A stretch of DNA of 64,000 nt from Gemmatimonadales bacterium (GCA_965249575.1 OZ252244.1:1600001-1664000); one strand, 5' to 3'. Shown: positions 9,961-20,946, counted from the stretch's first letter. The notes: generated from the sequence alone by a model not told the origin. A program made the numbers and translations.

Positions 9961-10997
9961 CGTCCGAGAGAATACCGGTCGCCGTCTTGGGCGCAACGGG
10001 GACTGTTGGCCAGAAGTTCGTGAGGCTGCTCAGCGACCACCCCTGGTTCGAGATCGCCTCCGTGGCGGCTTCGGAGCGGAGCGCCGGCAAGCGCTACCGC
10101 GACGCAGCCCGCTGGCTCGAGCCGACTGCTCTCCCATCTCACCTTGGCAACCTCGAAGTCGCCCGGTGCGAGCCGGGTATCCCCGGGGCAATCGCATTCT
10201 CCGGGTTGGATGCGGGGGTGGCTGAGTCGATCGAAGGGGCATTCGCGGCCGCTGGTTACATGGTCGTGAGTAACGCCCGGTCGTACCGCATGGAGGCGGA
10301 TATCCCGCTCGTGATTCCCGAGGTCAACTCCGAAACGCTCGCGTTGCTGCCCGAGCAGCGGCGGGATCGCGGCTGGACCGGCGGGATCGTAACGAACCCC
10401 AATTGCTCCACCGTAGTGTTGGCGATGGCCCTCGCGCCCCTGCACCGGGCATTTGGTGTCGAACGGGTGTTCGTGAGCACCATGCAGGCAGCCTCTGGTG
10501 CTGGCTACCCCGGCGTTCCGGCACTCGACCTGCTAGGTAACGTGATCCCAGGCGTGGCGGGGGAAGAGGGAAAGATGGAGCGGGAGACCCGGAAGATCCT
10601 TGGCGCTGACATCGATTTGAGCGTGCACACAAATCGCGTGTCGGTAGTCGACGGTCACACGGAGTCCGTGTCGGTAGGGCTGGGTGAGCGGGTGCCCCCG
10701 GCGGCGGCGGCCGACGCTTTCCGCCGTTTTCGGGGGCCGCCGGAAGTCGAGGGTTTGCCGAGCGCCCCTTGTCCGCCCATCGTCGTGACGGAGGTGCCAG
10801 ACCGCCCTCAGCCACGACTCGATGCGTGGCTCGGCGGTGGGATGCAAGTTACGATAGGCCGCGTACGCCCGTGCCCAATCCTCGATCTCCGGTTCACGGC
10901 CCTGGCCCACAACGCCGTGCGCGGCGCCGCCGGCGCTGCGATCCTGAATGCGGAGCTGCTGGTGTCCCGAAAACTCGTCGCGGGAGCAGGCGGATGA
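9957..10997 (+). CDS. asd: Aspartate-semialdehyde dehydrogenase
   Basis: VLGATGTVGQ, NPNCST, STMQAASGAG, RGAAGAA. Confidence 0.95.
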   Translation: MTSERIPVAVLGATGTVGQKFVRLLSDHPWFEIASVAASERSAGKRYRDAARWLEPTALPSHLGNLEVARCEPGIPGAIAFSGLDAGVAESIEGAFAAAGYMVVSNARSYRMEADIPLVIPEVNSETLALLPEQRRDRGWTGGIVTNPNCSTVVLAMALAPLHRAFGVERVFVSTMQAASGAGYPGVPALDLLGNVIPGVAGEEGKMERETRKILGADIDLSVHTNRVSVVDGHTESVSVGLGERVPPAAAADAFRRFRGPPEVEGLPSAPCPPIVVTEVPDRPQPRLDAWLGGGMQVTIGRVRPCPILDLRFTALAHNAVRGAAGAAILNAELLVSRKLVAGAGG

Positions 10998-12352
10998 TCG
11001 CGATGAAGTTCGGTGGCACGTCGGTCGGCGACGGCGAGCGTATCGGCCGGGTGGCCGACATCATCGGATCGCGGGCGGCACGCAAGCCGGTCGTCGTCGT
11101 GTCGGCCATCGCGGGCGTGACCGATCGACTGCTCGACGCGGCACGCCTAGCAGCCGAGGGCGACCTGCGGTCGGCGCGTGCGATTCAGCGAGAGCTCAAG
11201 GACTTGCATCTCGAAGCGATCGATCGGGCCGTCTGCCAGCCAACGCCGAGGGAACTCGCACAGCAATCGGTGGAAAAGCACTTCAATGGACTCCATCTTA
11301 TGCTCAAAGCCCTCGCGCTCCTGCGTGAGGGCGGCGGGCGGGCCCAAGATGCCGTCGTCTCACACGGCGAGCTATGGAGCGCCACGATTCTAGCCCGGGC
11401 GCTCGAGGCGCGCGGCCTGCCGGGAACGTTCGTTGACGCGCGCGACGTGATCGTCACAGACGACCGGTTCGGCCGGGCCGTACCGGACCGTGCCCTCTTG
11501 GCCGAGCGCGCCCACGCGCATATAGCCAGTGCGATCAGAAAACGCCGGATACCGGTCACCCAGGGGTTTGTTGGTGCCACTGTCGACGGTGTCCCGACCA
11601 CGATCGGCCGCGGCGGATCAGATTACACGGCCGCGCTATTGGGAGAGGCGCTGGGAGCAGAGGAGGTGGAAATCTGGACCGACGCAGACGGCCTTATGAC
11701 GGCCGATCCGAGGGTCGTCCCCGAGGCGTGCACGTTGCCCGAAGCGAGCTACGAAGAGGCGGCTGAGCTGGCGTATTTCGGCGCGCACGTCCTGCACCCC
11801 GCAACCATCCTCCCGGTGGTGGAACGGGGCATTCCGGTCCGAATCAAGAACACCCTGCAACCCGACGTTGAGGGAACCAAGATCACCCCGCGCGCTCATC
11901 CAACCGATTCGACCGTCAAGTCCATCGCTTCGAAGCGCGGCGTCACCACCATCAACCTCAGAGCGCCCAGGATGCTCGGGGCGCACGGTTTCTTGCGGGC
12001 CATGTTCGACGTGTTCGACCGGCACCACGTCGCGGTGGACGTCGTCACCACCAGCGAGGTCAGTGTGTCCGTGTCCTTGGAGAACGGATCCGCGGGCAGC
12101 GAGTTGCTGGCCGACCTCGGGGTTCTTGGCGACGTCACGGTGGCGAGGGACCGCACCATCGTCTGTGTGGTCGGGGAGGGCTTGCGCGATGCGGCCGGCG
12201 TGGCCGCGCGCATCTTCGCCGCGCTGGAATCGGTAACCATCGAGATGATCTCGCAGGGGGCGTCCAAGATCAACGTGACCTTTGTCGTCCAGGACGTCCA
12301 TGCGGAGGACGTAGTGAGGAGGCTCCACGCCGAGTTCTTTCCACCAGCCTGA
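10994..12352 (+). CDS. lysC: Aspartate kinase with C-terminal ACT domains
   Basis: MKFGGTSV, GRGGSDYTA, IWTDADG, GAHVLHP; ATGA overlap with asd. Confidence 0.95.
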   Translation: MIAMKFGGTSVGDGERIGRVADIIGSRAARKPVVVVSAIAGVTDRLLDAARLAAEGDLRSARAIQRELKDLHLEAIDRAVCQPTPRELAQQSVEKHFNGLHLMLKALALLREGGGRAQDAVVSHGELWSATILARALEARGLPGTFVDARDVIVTDDRFGRAVPDRALLAERAHAHIASAIRKRRIPVTQGFVGATVDGVPTTIGRGGSDYTAALLGEALGAEEVEIWTDADGLMTADPRVVPEACTLPEASYEEAAELAYFGAHVLHPATILPVVERGIPVRIKNTLQPDVEGTKITPRAHPTDSTVKSIASKRGVTTINLRAPRMLGAHGFLRAMFDVFDRHHVAVDVVTTSEVSVSVSLENGSAGSELLADLGVLGDVTVARDRTIVCVVGEGLRDAAGVAARIFAALESVTIEMISQGASKINVTFVVQDVHAEDVVRRLHAEFFPPA

Positions 12353-12361
12353 CTGGGGCCC

Positions 12362-13048
12362 GTGCGCATAGCGATCGTCGGCTACGGAAAAATGGGGCGA
12401 ACGGTGGCGGAGCTGGCGCGAGCCGATGGCGAGGAAGTCGTCGCCGAGCTCGATGTCGGGGACTTGTCGCGCGAGGGGGTGGCAGGGACCGATGTGGCGA
12501 TCGAGTTCACCGAACCACTCGCGGCAGCCGACAACCTAATCCAGCTCGCATCATTCGGCGTCCCGGTCGTGAGTGGCACGACAGGGTGGTATGACCGGCT
12601 CCCCGAGGTTCGGCACGCCGTGGACGACGCGGGTTCGGCGCTCGTATATGCGCCCAACTTCTCGGTCGGTGTGCAACTTCTGCTTCAAATCGCTAGCGAG
12701 GCAGCCCGCGTCCTGGCTTCGCGACCCGAGTTCGAGCCATACATCATTGAAACTCACCATCGGGAGAAAAAGGATGCGCCGTCAGGCACCGCGGTCCACC
12801 TTCGCGATACGGTCCGCGCCGCGGACCCCAGCCGCGAGTACCCGGTGACCAGCGTGCGTGCTGGGCATGTGCCGGGGACGCACGAACTGCGCATCGAGGG
12901 GCCGGGGGAGTCCCTGACCATCGCGCACGCTGCGCGCGACCGAACGATTTTCGCCCGGGGCGCGCTGGTGGCAGCCCGCTGGCTAGCCGCCAGTCGGCGC
13001 CGGGGCGTCTTTACATTCCGAGACGTGCTCTTCGGGACGGACGGATGA
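12362..13048 (+). CDS. dapB: 4-hydroxy-tetrahydrodipicolinate reductase
   Basis: GYGKMG, SGTTG, ETHHREKKDAPSGTA. Confidence 0.95.
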   Translation: MRIAIVGYGKMGRTVAELARADGEEVVAELDVGDLSREGVAGTDVAIEFTEPLAAADNLIQLASFGVPVVSGTTGWYDRLPEVRHAVDDAGSALVYAPNFSVGVQLLLQIASEAARVLASRPEFEPYIIETHHREKKDAPSGTAVHLRDTVRAADPSREYPVTSVRAGHVPGTHELRIEGPGESLTIAHAARDRTIFARGALVAARWLAASRRRGVFTFRDVLFGTDG

Positions 13049-13929
13049 CCAGACTTCAGGGGTGCGGAACCGCGCTCGTTACGCCGATGAAACCCGACGG
13101 GGCCATCGACGTGCCGGCGCTCCAGGCACTCGTCGAGTGGCAAATCACCGACGGCATCGATTTCCTCGTACCCTGCGGGACCACCGGTGAAGCCGTTACC
13201 CTGTCGCCGAACGAGCGGCGCGACGTCGTACGGACCGTCGTGCAGACCTCGGCCGGAAGGGTCAAAGTGATCGCGGGCGCGACGTCGAATGACACGAGGG
13301 TGGCCGCGAGCGATGCGAAGGCGATGGCCGACGCCGGCGCCGACTTCATCCTGTCGGCAACACCCCCCTACAACAAGCCCACGGGGGAGGGGCTCTACCG
13401 GCACTTCGGGGCGGTGGCCGATGCCGCGGGGCGACCCGTCGTTCTCTACAACGTGCCCGGCCGGACCGCCGTGAACATGGACGCCGCCACGACGCTACGC
13501 CTGGCCGCACGGGAGGGCATTGCCGCGATCAAAGAGGCGAGCGGCAACATCGGCCAGATCATGGAGATCGTCCGCGGCCGACCGGACGACTTCAGCGTGC
13601 TCTCCGGAGACGATGCGACCGCGCTTGCCTTGATGGCCGTTGGCGGCGACGGCGTGATCTCGGTCGTATCGAATGAGCTACCGGGCGCGATGGTGAAGCT
13701 CGTCCGCGCGGCATTGAAAGGTGATTACGTGAGCGCACGCCAGATTCACTATCGGCTTCTGCCCCTCATGAACGCGAATTTCCTCGAGCCAAATCCCATT
13801 CCGGTAAAGACCGCTCTCCACACGATGGGACGCATTGCCGAAGGCATTCGGCTCCCCCTCGTTCCGCTGACCGACGCCAAACGCCCCCCCCTACTTGCCG
13901 CCCTCCGCGAGGCCGGAGCGCTCGAGTGA
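13045..13929 (+). CDS. dapA: 4-hydroxy-tetrahydrodipicolinate synthase
   Basis: GTTGE, YNVPGRT, IKEASG, LSGDD, NPIPVK. Confidence 0.95.
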   Translation: MTRLQGCGTALVTPMKPDGAIDVPALQALVEWQITDGIDFLVPCGTTGEAVTLSPNERRDVVRTVVQTSAGRVKVIAGATSNDTRVAASDAKAMADAGADFILSATPPYNKPTGEGLYRHFGAVADAAGRPVVLYNVPGRTAVNMDAATTLRLAAREGIAAIKEASGNIGQIMEIVRGRPDDFSVLSGDDATALALMAVGGDGVISVVSNELPGAMVKLVRAALKGDYVSARQIHYRLLPLMNANFLEPNPIPVKTALHTMGRIAEGIRLPLVPLTDAKRPPLLAALREAGALE

Positions 13930-14771
13930 CGCACGAGCTCGAGCGGGACATCCTCGCCCTCGCGGACGGCGTGCCGCCGGGACGGGAGGCAGAGGCACGC
14001 CGTGTCTTCTCGAATCTCCTCAGCCGACTCGACGCAGGCGAAGTGAGGGCGGCGACCCGCTCGAGTGACGGCACGTGGCGGGCGAACGCGTGGGTGAAGA
14101 AAGGCATCCTGCTCGGGTTCAGGCTGGGAACCATCGCCGATATGACCGGAAGTGGTGCCCTCCCGTTCTTCGACAAGGACACGCTTCCGCTGAAGCCGCT
14201 CCAGCTAGACAACGGGGTGCGGATCGTCCCGGGCGGCTCGTCGATCCGCTCCGGAGCGTTCGTAGCAAGCGGCGTGGTGTGCATGCCACCGATGTACGTC
14301 AACATCGGTGCGTACGTCGATGAGGGGACAATGATCGACTCGCATGCCTTGGTGGGCTCGTGCGCTCAGATCGGCAAGCGCGTGCACCTATCGGCCGGCG
14401 CACAGGTCGGCGGGGTGCTGGAGCCAGCCGGCGCCCTACCAGTGATAGTCGAGGACGATGTGCTCGTGGGGGGTAACTGCGGTGTCTACGAGGGCACCAT
14501 CGTGCGGGAGGGCTCCGTGCTCGCGCCCGGGACCATCCTCACCAGCGGCACGCCGGTATACGACGTAGTCCACGACGAGGTGTACCGGCGCACCGACGAT
14601 CGGCCACTAGAGATCCCGAGTGGAGCCGTGGTCGTGCCGGGATCGCGCCCGATCGCCCGCGGACCCGGGAAAGAGCTCGGCCTTTCCGTGTACACTCCGG
14701 TCGTGATCAAGTATCGCGACGCGCGAACCGAGTCCGCCGTGCAGCTGGAGGAGTTGCTCCGGCCACAGTAG
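13926..14771 (+). CDS. dapD: Tetrahydrodipicolinate N-succinyltransferase
   Basis: [37 protein letters not shown] hexapeptide repeats. Confidence 0.95.
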   Translation: MTHELERDILALADGVPPGREAEARRVFSNLLSRLDAGEVRAATRSSDGTWRANAWVKKGILLGFRLGTIADMTGSGALPFFDKDTLPLKPLQLDNGVRIVPGGSSIRSGAFVASGVVCMPPMYVNIGAYVDEGTMIDSHALVGSCAQIGKRVHLSAGAQVGGVLEPAGALPVIVEDDVLVGGNCGVYEGTIVREGSVLAPGTILTSGTPVYDVVHDEVYRRTDDRPLEIPSGAVVVPGSRPIARGPGKELGLSVYTPVVIKYRDARTESAVQLEELLRPQ

Positions 14772-14841
14772 GGGGTTCACGACCTGACGGGCCAATGACG
14801 CATCAATTGGCGGCCGCCTCCCGCCTCAGCCGCTCCGCGCT

Positions 14842-16212
14842 TCACCGGGCTCTCCTGCGCGTCCACAACCAAAAAACTGGCACTCCCGACAACACGACCG
14901 CGACGTCGAGCCCGAAAACGAGCGGTTCCGAGATCATGTAGTTGCCAAGGAGGAACAGCGCGGCGATGAGAAAGAGCGCCGGCACGACCGGGTAGCCCCA
15001 GGTCTTGTAGGGTCGGCTCAGGTCGGGACGGCGGCGACGCAGCACGAACACGGCCGCGACCGCGAGGGCGTAGAACGGCCAGATACCAATGATGAACTGG
15101 TCGGCGAGCTGCGCGAACGTTCGCACGGAGACGAAGACGATACCGAGAACGGCAGCGAGCACGATCGCGCCGCCCGGGGTGCCGAATCGGGGGTGCACGG
15201 CCGCCAGTTTTCGGAAGAACAGCCCGTCTTCGGCCATCGCGTAGAAGACTCGCGGCCCGGTCATGGTCGAGCCGTTGAGCGTCCCAAAGGTGCTGATCAT
15301 GACTGCGGCCGAGATGAACGTTACGCCCAGCGGTCCCAGGATGACCTGGGCCGCATCGGCCGCTATGAGTGGCGATCCCGGCATTCGGTCGAGCGGGACC
15401 AAATGCAGGTACACGGCGTTGACGAGCAGGTAGACGGTGACGACTCCGGCCGTCCCAAGGAACAGGGCTCGTGGGAGTGCGCGCTGGGGATCCTTGACCT
15501 CGCCACCCATGAATCCGAGATCCGCGAAACCGTCATACGCCCACAACATGGAGACCATGGCGAGCCCGAACGCCGAAACAGCTGATCGGCCGGACGGCTC
15601 GGGCGGGAGCACGGCAGCAGGAACCGCGTCGGGGTTCGGGGAAAGTGCGAACCCGAGAGCAACCAACAGGAGGAGCGCACCTACCTTGAGGACGGTGCTC
15701 ACGTTCTGAATGGCCGCCCCCAACTGTACCCCGCGGTAATTCGCGGTCGCCACTACGATGATGAACACAACCGCGGTGGCCTGCGCAACGGAAAGGGGAA
15801 GCCCACCGACCGGGGTCCCGCCATCTCGACCCAACAAGCGCCAGAAGTACTCGGCGGATACGATCGACACCGCCCCGTATGCCGCCGGACGGATTATCAA
15901 CAACTCGGCCCAGCCGAAGAGGAACGCAGGCAGCCGTCCAAAGGCCTCGCGGATGTAGACGTAGATGCCGCCGGTCCGTGGAAGCGACGACGCCAGTTCC
16001 CCGAACGTCAGGGCGCCGGTGAGCGCGATGACGCCTCCGAGAACCCATCCGAGGGCAAAGAGCCAAAGAACGTCGATCCGCTCCGCCACGACCGCGGGTG
16101 TGCGAAAGATCCCGCTCCCGATGGTCGATCCCATCACAACGGCCATGGCGCTCAGAAGGCCGAGCTTGCGGGGGAGACGGTCACCCCATTGATCCGTCGC
16201 CGGTGTGTGCAC
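14842..16212 (-). CDS. APC-family amino acid permease
   Basis: GSTIGSGIF, GG.YVYI, WAYDGF; about 12 TM segments. Confidence 0.9.
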   Translation of the reverse strand: MHTPATDQWGDRLPRKLGLLSAMAVVMGSTIGSGIFRTPAVVAERIDVLWLFALGWVLGGVIALTGALTFGELASSLPRTGGIYVYIREAFGRLPAFLFGWAELLIIRPAAYGAVSIVSAEYFWRLLGRDGGTPVGGLPLSVAQATAVVFIIVVATANYRGVQLGAAIQNVSTVLKVGALLLLVALGFALSPNPDAVPAAVLPPEPSGRSAVSAFGLAMVSMLWAYDGFADLGFMGGEVKDPQRALPRALFLGTAGVVTVYLLVNAVYLHLVPLDRMPGSPLIAADAAQVILGPLGVTFISAAVMISTFGTLNGSTMTGPRVFYAMAEDGLFFRKLAAVHPRFGTPGGAIVLAAVLGIVFVSVRTFAQLADQFIIGIWPFYALAVAAVFVLRRRRPDLSRPYKTWGYPVVPALFLIAALFLLGNYMISEPLVFGLDVAVVLSGVPVFWLWTRRRAR

Positions 16213-16278
16213 GGAGGGAACCTAATACGGATCGCGGTCGATGATCAGATAACGGGACCCGCGCCGAACACCTAACCC

Positions 16279-17259
16279 GTGACCCTGACACCGGCCCGAC
16301 GACCCTTTAGCTTCCGCCGCATGCGAGCACTTCGAAACACCGCCTATGTCTGTGCCTTCTTCGCATACGTGCTGATCGTGTTCGGCGCGTTCGTGCGAAT
16401 CACCGGATCTGGTCTCGGTTGTGGTGACCAATGGCCGCTCTGCAATGGCCGAATCATCCCGCCACTGGACGACGTAGCCGTGATCATCGAATACGGCCAT
16501 CGCCTTACAGCGGTGGGGTTGAGCGTGTTAGTCGTGGTCCTCATCGGGCTGGCAATCGCGCAGCGCCGGCAGCCGGGGGGATCCGGGGCCGGAGGCACCT
16601 TTGCACCCGCCATGGTGGCCACGGCCCTGCTGGTCGTCCAGATCCTACTCGGGGCGGTGACAGTGTGGCTCGATTTGGCCGCCGCGGCAGTCGTACTCCA
16701 CCTTGCAACGGCGATGGCATTGCTCGCGGCCCTCCTCATCACAGGGCTCAGGGCAGGCACTCGAGCAGAACATCCAGCGCAATCCGCCGGTGCGAGCACG
16801 CGACGCAGCGCTCACGTGGCCGCAGGGCTCGGTGCGGCGGCTATTCTCCTCGGTGGCTTGACGGCAACCAGCGGGGCCGGTCCCCTCTGCTTGGGCTTCC
16901 CTTTATGTAATGGCCAAGTTTGGCCGAGCGGACCCGGCCTCGTTCACATCCACTGGACGCACCGGCTGGTGGCATACGCGCTCTTCTTCCACGCACTGGG
17001 CTTGGCGATGGCGGCGCGCAGAAAAGCAGCACCGCCGCGGATCCTGGCGGCGGCATGGGCGGCGTTCGGGATAGTCGTGCTCCAGATCGCGGTGGCCGCG
17101 GCCATGATACTGAGTCTCTTCCCGCCAGCGTTGCGAGGCCTGCATGCTGCAGTCGGCACGGCGTTGTGGGCAGCGCTCGTATACCTCGTTTGGCAAGTGC
17201 GGAGGGAGGTAAACCCCCTGCCGATCGAATCTGCCGCGCCGGCCCGCTCCGGGTCTTAG
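16279..17259 (+). CDS. ctaA: Heme A synthase (COX15/CtaA)
   Basis: GSGLGC.DQWPLCNG, EYGHR, second C.GFPLCNG, HWTHR. The start may be ATG 16321. Confidence 0.85.
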   Translation: MTLTPARRPFSFRRMRALRNTAYVCAFFAYVLIVFGAFVRITGSGLGCGDQWPLCNGRIIPPLDDVAVIIEYGHRLTAVGLSVLVVVLIGLAIAQRRQPGGSGAGGTFAPAMVATALLVVQILLGAVTVWLDLAAAAVVLHLATAMALLAALLITGLRAGTRAEHPAQSAGASTRRSAHVAAGLGAAAILLGGLTATSGAGPLCLGFPLCNGQVWPSGPGLVHIHWTHRLVAYALFFHALGLAMAARRKAAPPRILAAAWAAFGIVVLQIAVAAAMILSLFPPALRGLHAAVGTALWAALVYLVWQVRREVNPLPIESAAPARSGS

Positions 17260-17289
17260 GTACGGCTCGTCGGGTCGGAGGAGACGAAC

Positions 17290-18036
17290 ATGCTCGATCG
17301 AATCGCAGCCGGACGCACTGACCTCGTGTTCGACTATCTGGCGGAAGGGCACTCCGCCAAGTCGACCGACGAACAGGGTGTTTCGCTTATGAAATGGTGC
17401 GCTTATTACGGTGATGTCAGTGCCGTGAGGTTCCTACTCGCAAACGGCGAATCCACCGCGTCGCTGGGAAACAACTTTGACCTCAACGGGGCCTGTTTCC
17501 ACGCGCACTGGCGGTTGTGTGAGTTCCTAGTCGAGAGCGGCGCCGATGTGAACCATTCCCTGCCCACCACCGGAGAGACGCCGCTGCACTCGGCCCTGTG
17601 CAAGGCGAATCGCCCCTCGTACAACCACGTGATCAAAGTGCTACTTGCCAACGGGGCCGATCCGAATCGGTCGACGCAGCCATCCACCGAAACGGGCGCG
17701 TTCATGCGTGACTGCCGAACCAGGGCCGAAACTCCTCTCCACCGCGCGGCGGCGTATGGCGACGAGGAAGCCATCCAGCTTCTCCTGGACGCGGGAGCTG
17801 TAGTCGACGCCAAGGACATGAACGGAGATTCGCCGCTGGCCTGGGCCAGCTGGCATCTTAGGCCACCCTCCATACTCGCATTGCTGTGCTACGGCCGGCA
17901 TACCCTTCCGCCGGGTGCAACACAGCGCCCGTCGAGCGACCACGGGATGGGCTGGGGCGGCCTGGAATTTACGCTGCTGGGGGCACCCCCACACTTGAAT
18001 AGAGCGCCGACCGGGACGCATTCTAAGCCGACATAG
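17290..18036 (+). CDS. Ankyrin-repeat protein
   Basis: GETPLH, ETPLHRAA, LL..GAD, GDSPL repeats. Confidence 0.9.
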   Translation: MLDRIAAGRTDLVFDYLAEGHSAKSTDEQGVSLMKWCAYYGDVSAVRFLLANGESTASLGNNFDLNGACFHAHWRLCEFLVESGADVNHSLPTTGETPLHSALCKANRPSYNHVIKVLLANGADPNRSTQPSTETGAFMRDCRTRAETPLHRAAAYGDEEAIQLLLDAGAVVDAKDMNGDSPLAWASWHLRPPSILALLCYGRHTLPPGATQRPSSDHGMGWGGLEFTLLGAPPHLNRAPTGTHSKPT

Positions 18037-18053
18037 CGGGTTCCGATTATCTC

Positions 18054-18659
18054 CTACGCTCCCGGCCCGCTCGGCCTTGCACGCCACTGGCACATCACGT
18101 CCCCCCTTGCCCGGCAGTTCACGTGGATGACCGAGCCGTCGAAATCGGTCAGGACTCGTAAGAGCTCTTCGAAAGCAGCCTCGTATAGGCCGCAGACCAG
18201 GGGTCCTATTGGCGCCCCCGCTGCGGCACCGGCGGTTGCAACCGGTTCGCCGTCCGCGCGATCCACGTCCAGGTCCAGGAACCGTGCAGCGGCGCGGCGA
18301 GCAATCGCCAAACACAGCGGAGCGCCTACGAGCGGCACGCCGTGCAGGGGCCGTGCGACCCGTTTCCCAAGCACCGGCGCCGCGTGCCGCGCCGCGCGGC
18401 GGCCGGCATCCCTCACGACCGCGCTCGCGTCCGGGCGCCGCTCGACGAGTCGGAGAAGTCCGGCTACCTCGTCGGCATCGGCCCGAGCGCCCCGTCTGAA
18501 CAGCCGCCGATATCGAGCGATCTGCGCGGCGATCGTGGGGCTCATCCCGAGCCGTTTCGACGCCAGCTCGGTCGACAGCTCGTCCACTCCGCCTCCATCG
18601 GGTGCGTCGGACGACCGCAGAGCTTCCAGAATCGACAGCGGGATGACGGTATGCACCAT
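18054..18659 (-). CDS. Hypothetical protein with a C-terminal V4R-like motif
   Basis: From MVHTVIPL; ends C-GLYEAAF...C-RARGD-VM-C-QW. Confidence 0.6.
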   Translation of the reverse strand: MVHTVIPLSILEALRSSDAPDGGGVDELSTELASKRLGMSPTIAAQIARYRRLFRRGARADADEVAGLLRLVERRPDASAVVRDAGRRAARHAAPVLGKRVARPLHGVPLVGAPLCLAIARRAAARFLDLDVDRADGEPVATAGAAAGAPIGPLVCGLYEAAFEELLRVLTDFDGSVIHVNCRARGDVMCQWRARPSGPGA

Positions 18660-18839
18660 TTGCCTTGGGATAGCTATGTCGTTCGTGGTGGTTTTCTTGG
18701 GCCTGGTCACGGCACCACACCCCGGATTTTCGACGAGAAGTTCACTCCGTGTTAGTGGCGGCGCGGAAGGTAACCGGGCCCGTGCGAGGCTGCTAGTGGG
18801 CCATTGCGCTGACCCCCGCATGTGGCCATCCTAAGCGCC

Positions 18840-19403
18840 ATGTCCGCCGACGACGAAAAGCGTCGAGCTTTCGAAGATCAAGCGATTCCACATCTCGACA
18901 TCGCTTATCGCGTGGCCCTTCGCCTCTCGGGCGATCCCTCGAGAGCCGAAGACCTCACGCAAGAAACCATGTTGAAGGCATATCGCGCTTGGCATCAGTT
19001 CGAGACCGGGACGAATGTGCGCGCGTGGTTGTTGACCATATTGCGCCACACATTCATCAACGAGTATCGGCGACAGTCGAGCCGTGCTCCGACAGTCGAT
19101 ATCGGTGAGATCGAGTCATTCTCTCTGTTCGCTGAGGTTCAGGACGTCGACCCAGAGGGCAGCTTCTTCGATAGGATCGTAGACGAGACCGTCATCAAGG
19201 CAATCGATGCCCTGCCCGAGGAGTTCCGGGAAACGCTGGTCTTGAGTGACGTCGAGGGCCTAGCCTATGCGGAGATTGCGGAGATCACTAGTGTGCCGGT
19301 GGGCACGGTGAAGTCGCGGTTGTTTCGAGCACGAAAGGCACTCCAGCGCCAGTTGTACGAGTATGCCGTCGAGATGGGGTACATCAAGAAGGTGACGGGG
19401 TGA
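18840..19403 (+). CDS. ECF sigma factor (SigR/SigH-like)
   Basis: AEDLTQET, RAWLLTIL, YAEIAE...PVGTVKSRLFRAR. Confidence 0.95.
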   Translation: MSADDEKRRAFEDQAIPHLDIAYRVALRLSGDPSRAEDLTQETMLKAYRAWHQFETGTNVRAWLLTILRHTFINEYRRQSSRAPTVDIGEIESFSLFAEVQDVDPEGSFFDRIVDETVIKAIDALPEEFRETLVLSDVEGLAYAEIAEITSVPVGTVKSRLFRARKALQRQLYEYAVEMGYIKKVTG

Positions 19404-19663
19404 CCGAGCCGCGTCTGATCGACTGTCGCGAGGCTGCGGAAAAGCTCTACCCGTATCTCGACCGGGAGTTGACGACGGCAGACGAACGAGCGGTTCGCGA
19501 ACATCTGGCCGATTGCGCGAAGTGCTTCAGAGTATTCGAGCTCGAGGGGGTATTCCTCGGGTTTCTGAACGCTCGAACGGCCGCCATGCGGGCACCCAAT
19601 GAGCTCAAGAAACGGATTTTCGAGACAACCATTTGGGGTGAGGATTCGCAGGGATCGGAATGA
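19400..19663 (+). CDS. Zinc-binding anti-sigma factor (ZAS/RsrA-like)
   Basis: DC.E....LYPYLD.EL and HLADCAKC (HxxxCxxC); GTGA-coupled to the sigma gene. Confidence 0.9.
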   Translation: MTEPRLIDCREAAEKLYPYLDRELTTADERAVREHLADCAKCFRVFELEGVFLGFLNARTAAMRAPNELKKRIFETTIWGEDSQGSE

Positions 19664-20432
19664 GTCCGGCGGCTGCCCTAGCGATTTCCGCAGGGTTGGC
19701 GTTGGGCGGGCGCGTGGCTGGTTGGTTGACGACCGGCGGTGCCGCGGCCGCCGCATTCGTCGGCGGCACGGTGCTCGCGGGCTCCGGCCAGGAAGGTGGC
19801 TCGCTCTTGGCGTTCTTCTTCCTCTCGTCCAGCGCTCTTACCAGCTGGAACGAGCACCGCGCGCTGGCTGCCCCCGATACCAAGGGAGCGCGACGGGACG
19901 CGAAGCAGGTCCTGGCGAATGGCGCTTGGGCTGCGGCCGGATCCTTCTTACCGGGCTCTCTCCCTTGCGCGGGTGGGCACTTTTCGTCGGCGCCCTCGCG
20001 TCGGCGCAGGCAGACACGTGGGCAACGGAGATCGGCGCGCACGCCCCCCGCCGTCCCCGCTTGATAACGACTGGCCGCGAGGTCCCCAGGGGCACGTCGG
20101 GCGGGGTCACCGCCCTGGGTTCGTTGGGCGGGCTTGCCGGTGGCATCTCGATATTGGTGCTTGCCTACACGGTCGGGGTACCAACCAGGAGCCTCGTCGC
20201 CGGGGGCATCGGTGGCGTTGCCGGCTTGCTGAGCGATTCCGTATTAGGGGCTACGATCCAGGCGCGTTTCCGATGCCGGGCATGCGAACAGGATACGGAG
20301 CTTCGCATTCATCGTTGCGGCGACAGGAGCAACCTACAGGCCGGCTGGCGTTGGTTCGACAACGACGCAGTCAACTTTGCGTCCACTGCGGTCGGCGCGG
20401 CGTGTGCGTGGGCGTTAGCCTCCGGTCTCTAG
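19660..20432 (+). pseudogene. DUF92/TMEM19 membrane protein with a frameshift near 19947 (may be a sequencing error)
   Basis: The first frame gives RDAKQVLANG; the second gives ADTWATEIG, GTSGGVT, DSVLGATIQ, NDAVNF. Confidence 0.85.
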
Positions 20433-20466
20433 CGACTGCTGCGTACGCACGCCCGGAGGAGCGCCC

Positions 20467-20946
20467 ATGACGGCGGATCTCGCGCAGTTCCGCCAGCTGC
20501 TCTCTCGTTTCGCCACTGGTGTTACAGTCGCTACTACCGTCGATGGACATGGGCGACCCGTCGGCATGACCGCGAGCGCGGTATCGGCCGTATCGCTCGA
20601 ACCACCACTCCTCTTGGTTTGTGTCTCACACGCCGCTGATTTCCACGAAGCGCTCGCGACCGCCGACGCCTTCGCGCTCAACGTGTTGGCGAATGACCAG
20701 GAACCGCTGTCGCGGACGTTCGCGGAGAAGGGGACCGACCGGTTCGCCGAGCTCGACTACGACATGGGACCCAACGGCCAGCCGCTGATCTCGGGAGTCA
20801 CTGCCCACATCTTCTGTTCGAAGTGGGGACAGCGCACAGTCGGCGACCACACAATCTTTTTCGGCCAAGTAGTAGGTGGCGCGGTGTTCGATCGACCGCC
20901 GTTAGTACATTATCGAAGTCGATACACGACGTTGGCGGACGAATGA
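20467..20946 (+). CDS. Flavin reductase-like protein (DIM6/NTAB family)
   Basis: FATGVTV, GMTAS..SAVSLEPP, GDHTIF. Confidence 0.9.
   Translation: MTADLAQFRQLLSRFATGVTVATTVDGHGRPVGMTASAVSAVSLEPPLLLVCVSHAADFHEALATADAFALNVLANDQEPLSRTFAEKGTDRFAELDYDMGPNGQPLISGVTAHIFCSKWGQRTVGDHTIFFGQVVGGAVFDRPPLVHYRSRYTTLADE

Noticed and set aside
16213..16278. GGAACC as an ECF -35 element upstream of ctaA
   Set aside because: No convincing -10 at the right spacing, and only a single instance.
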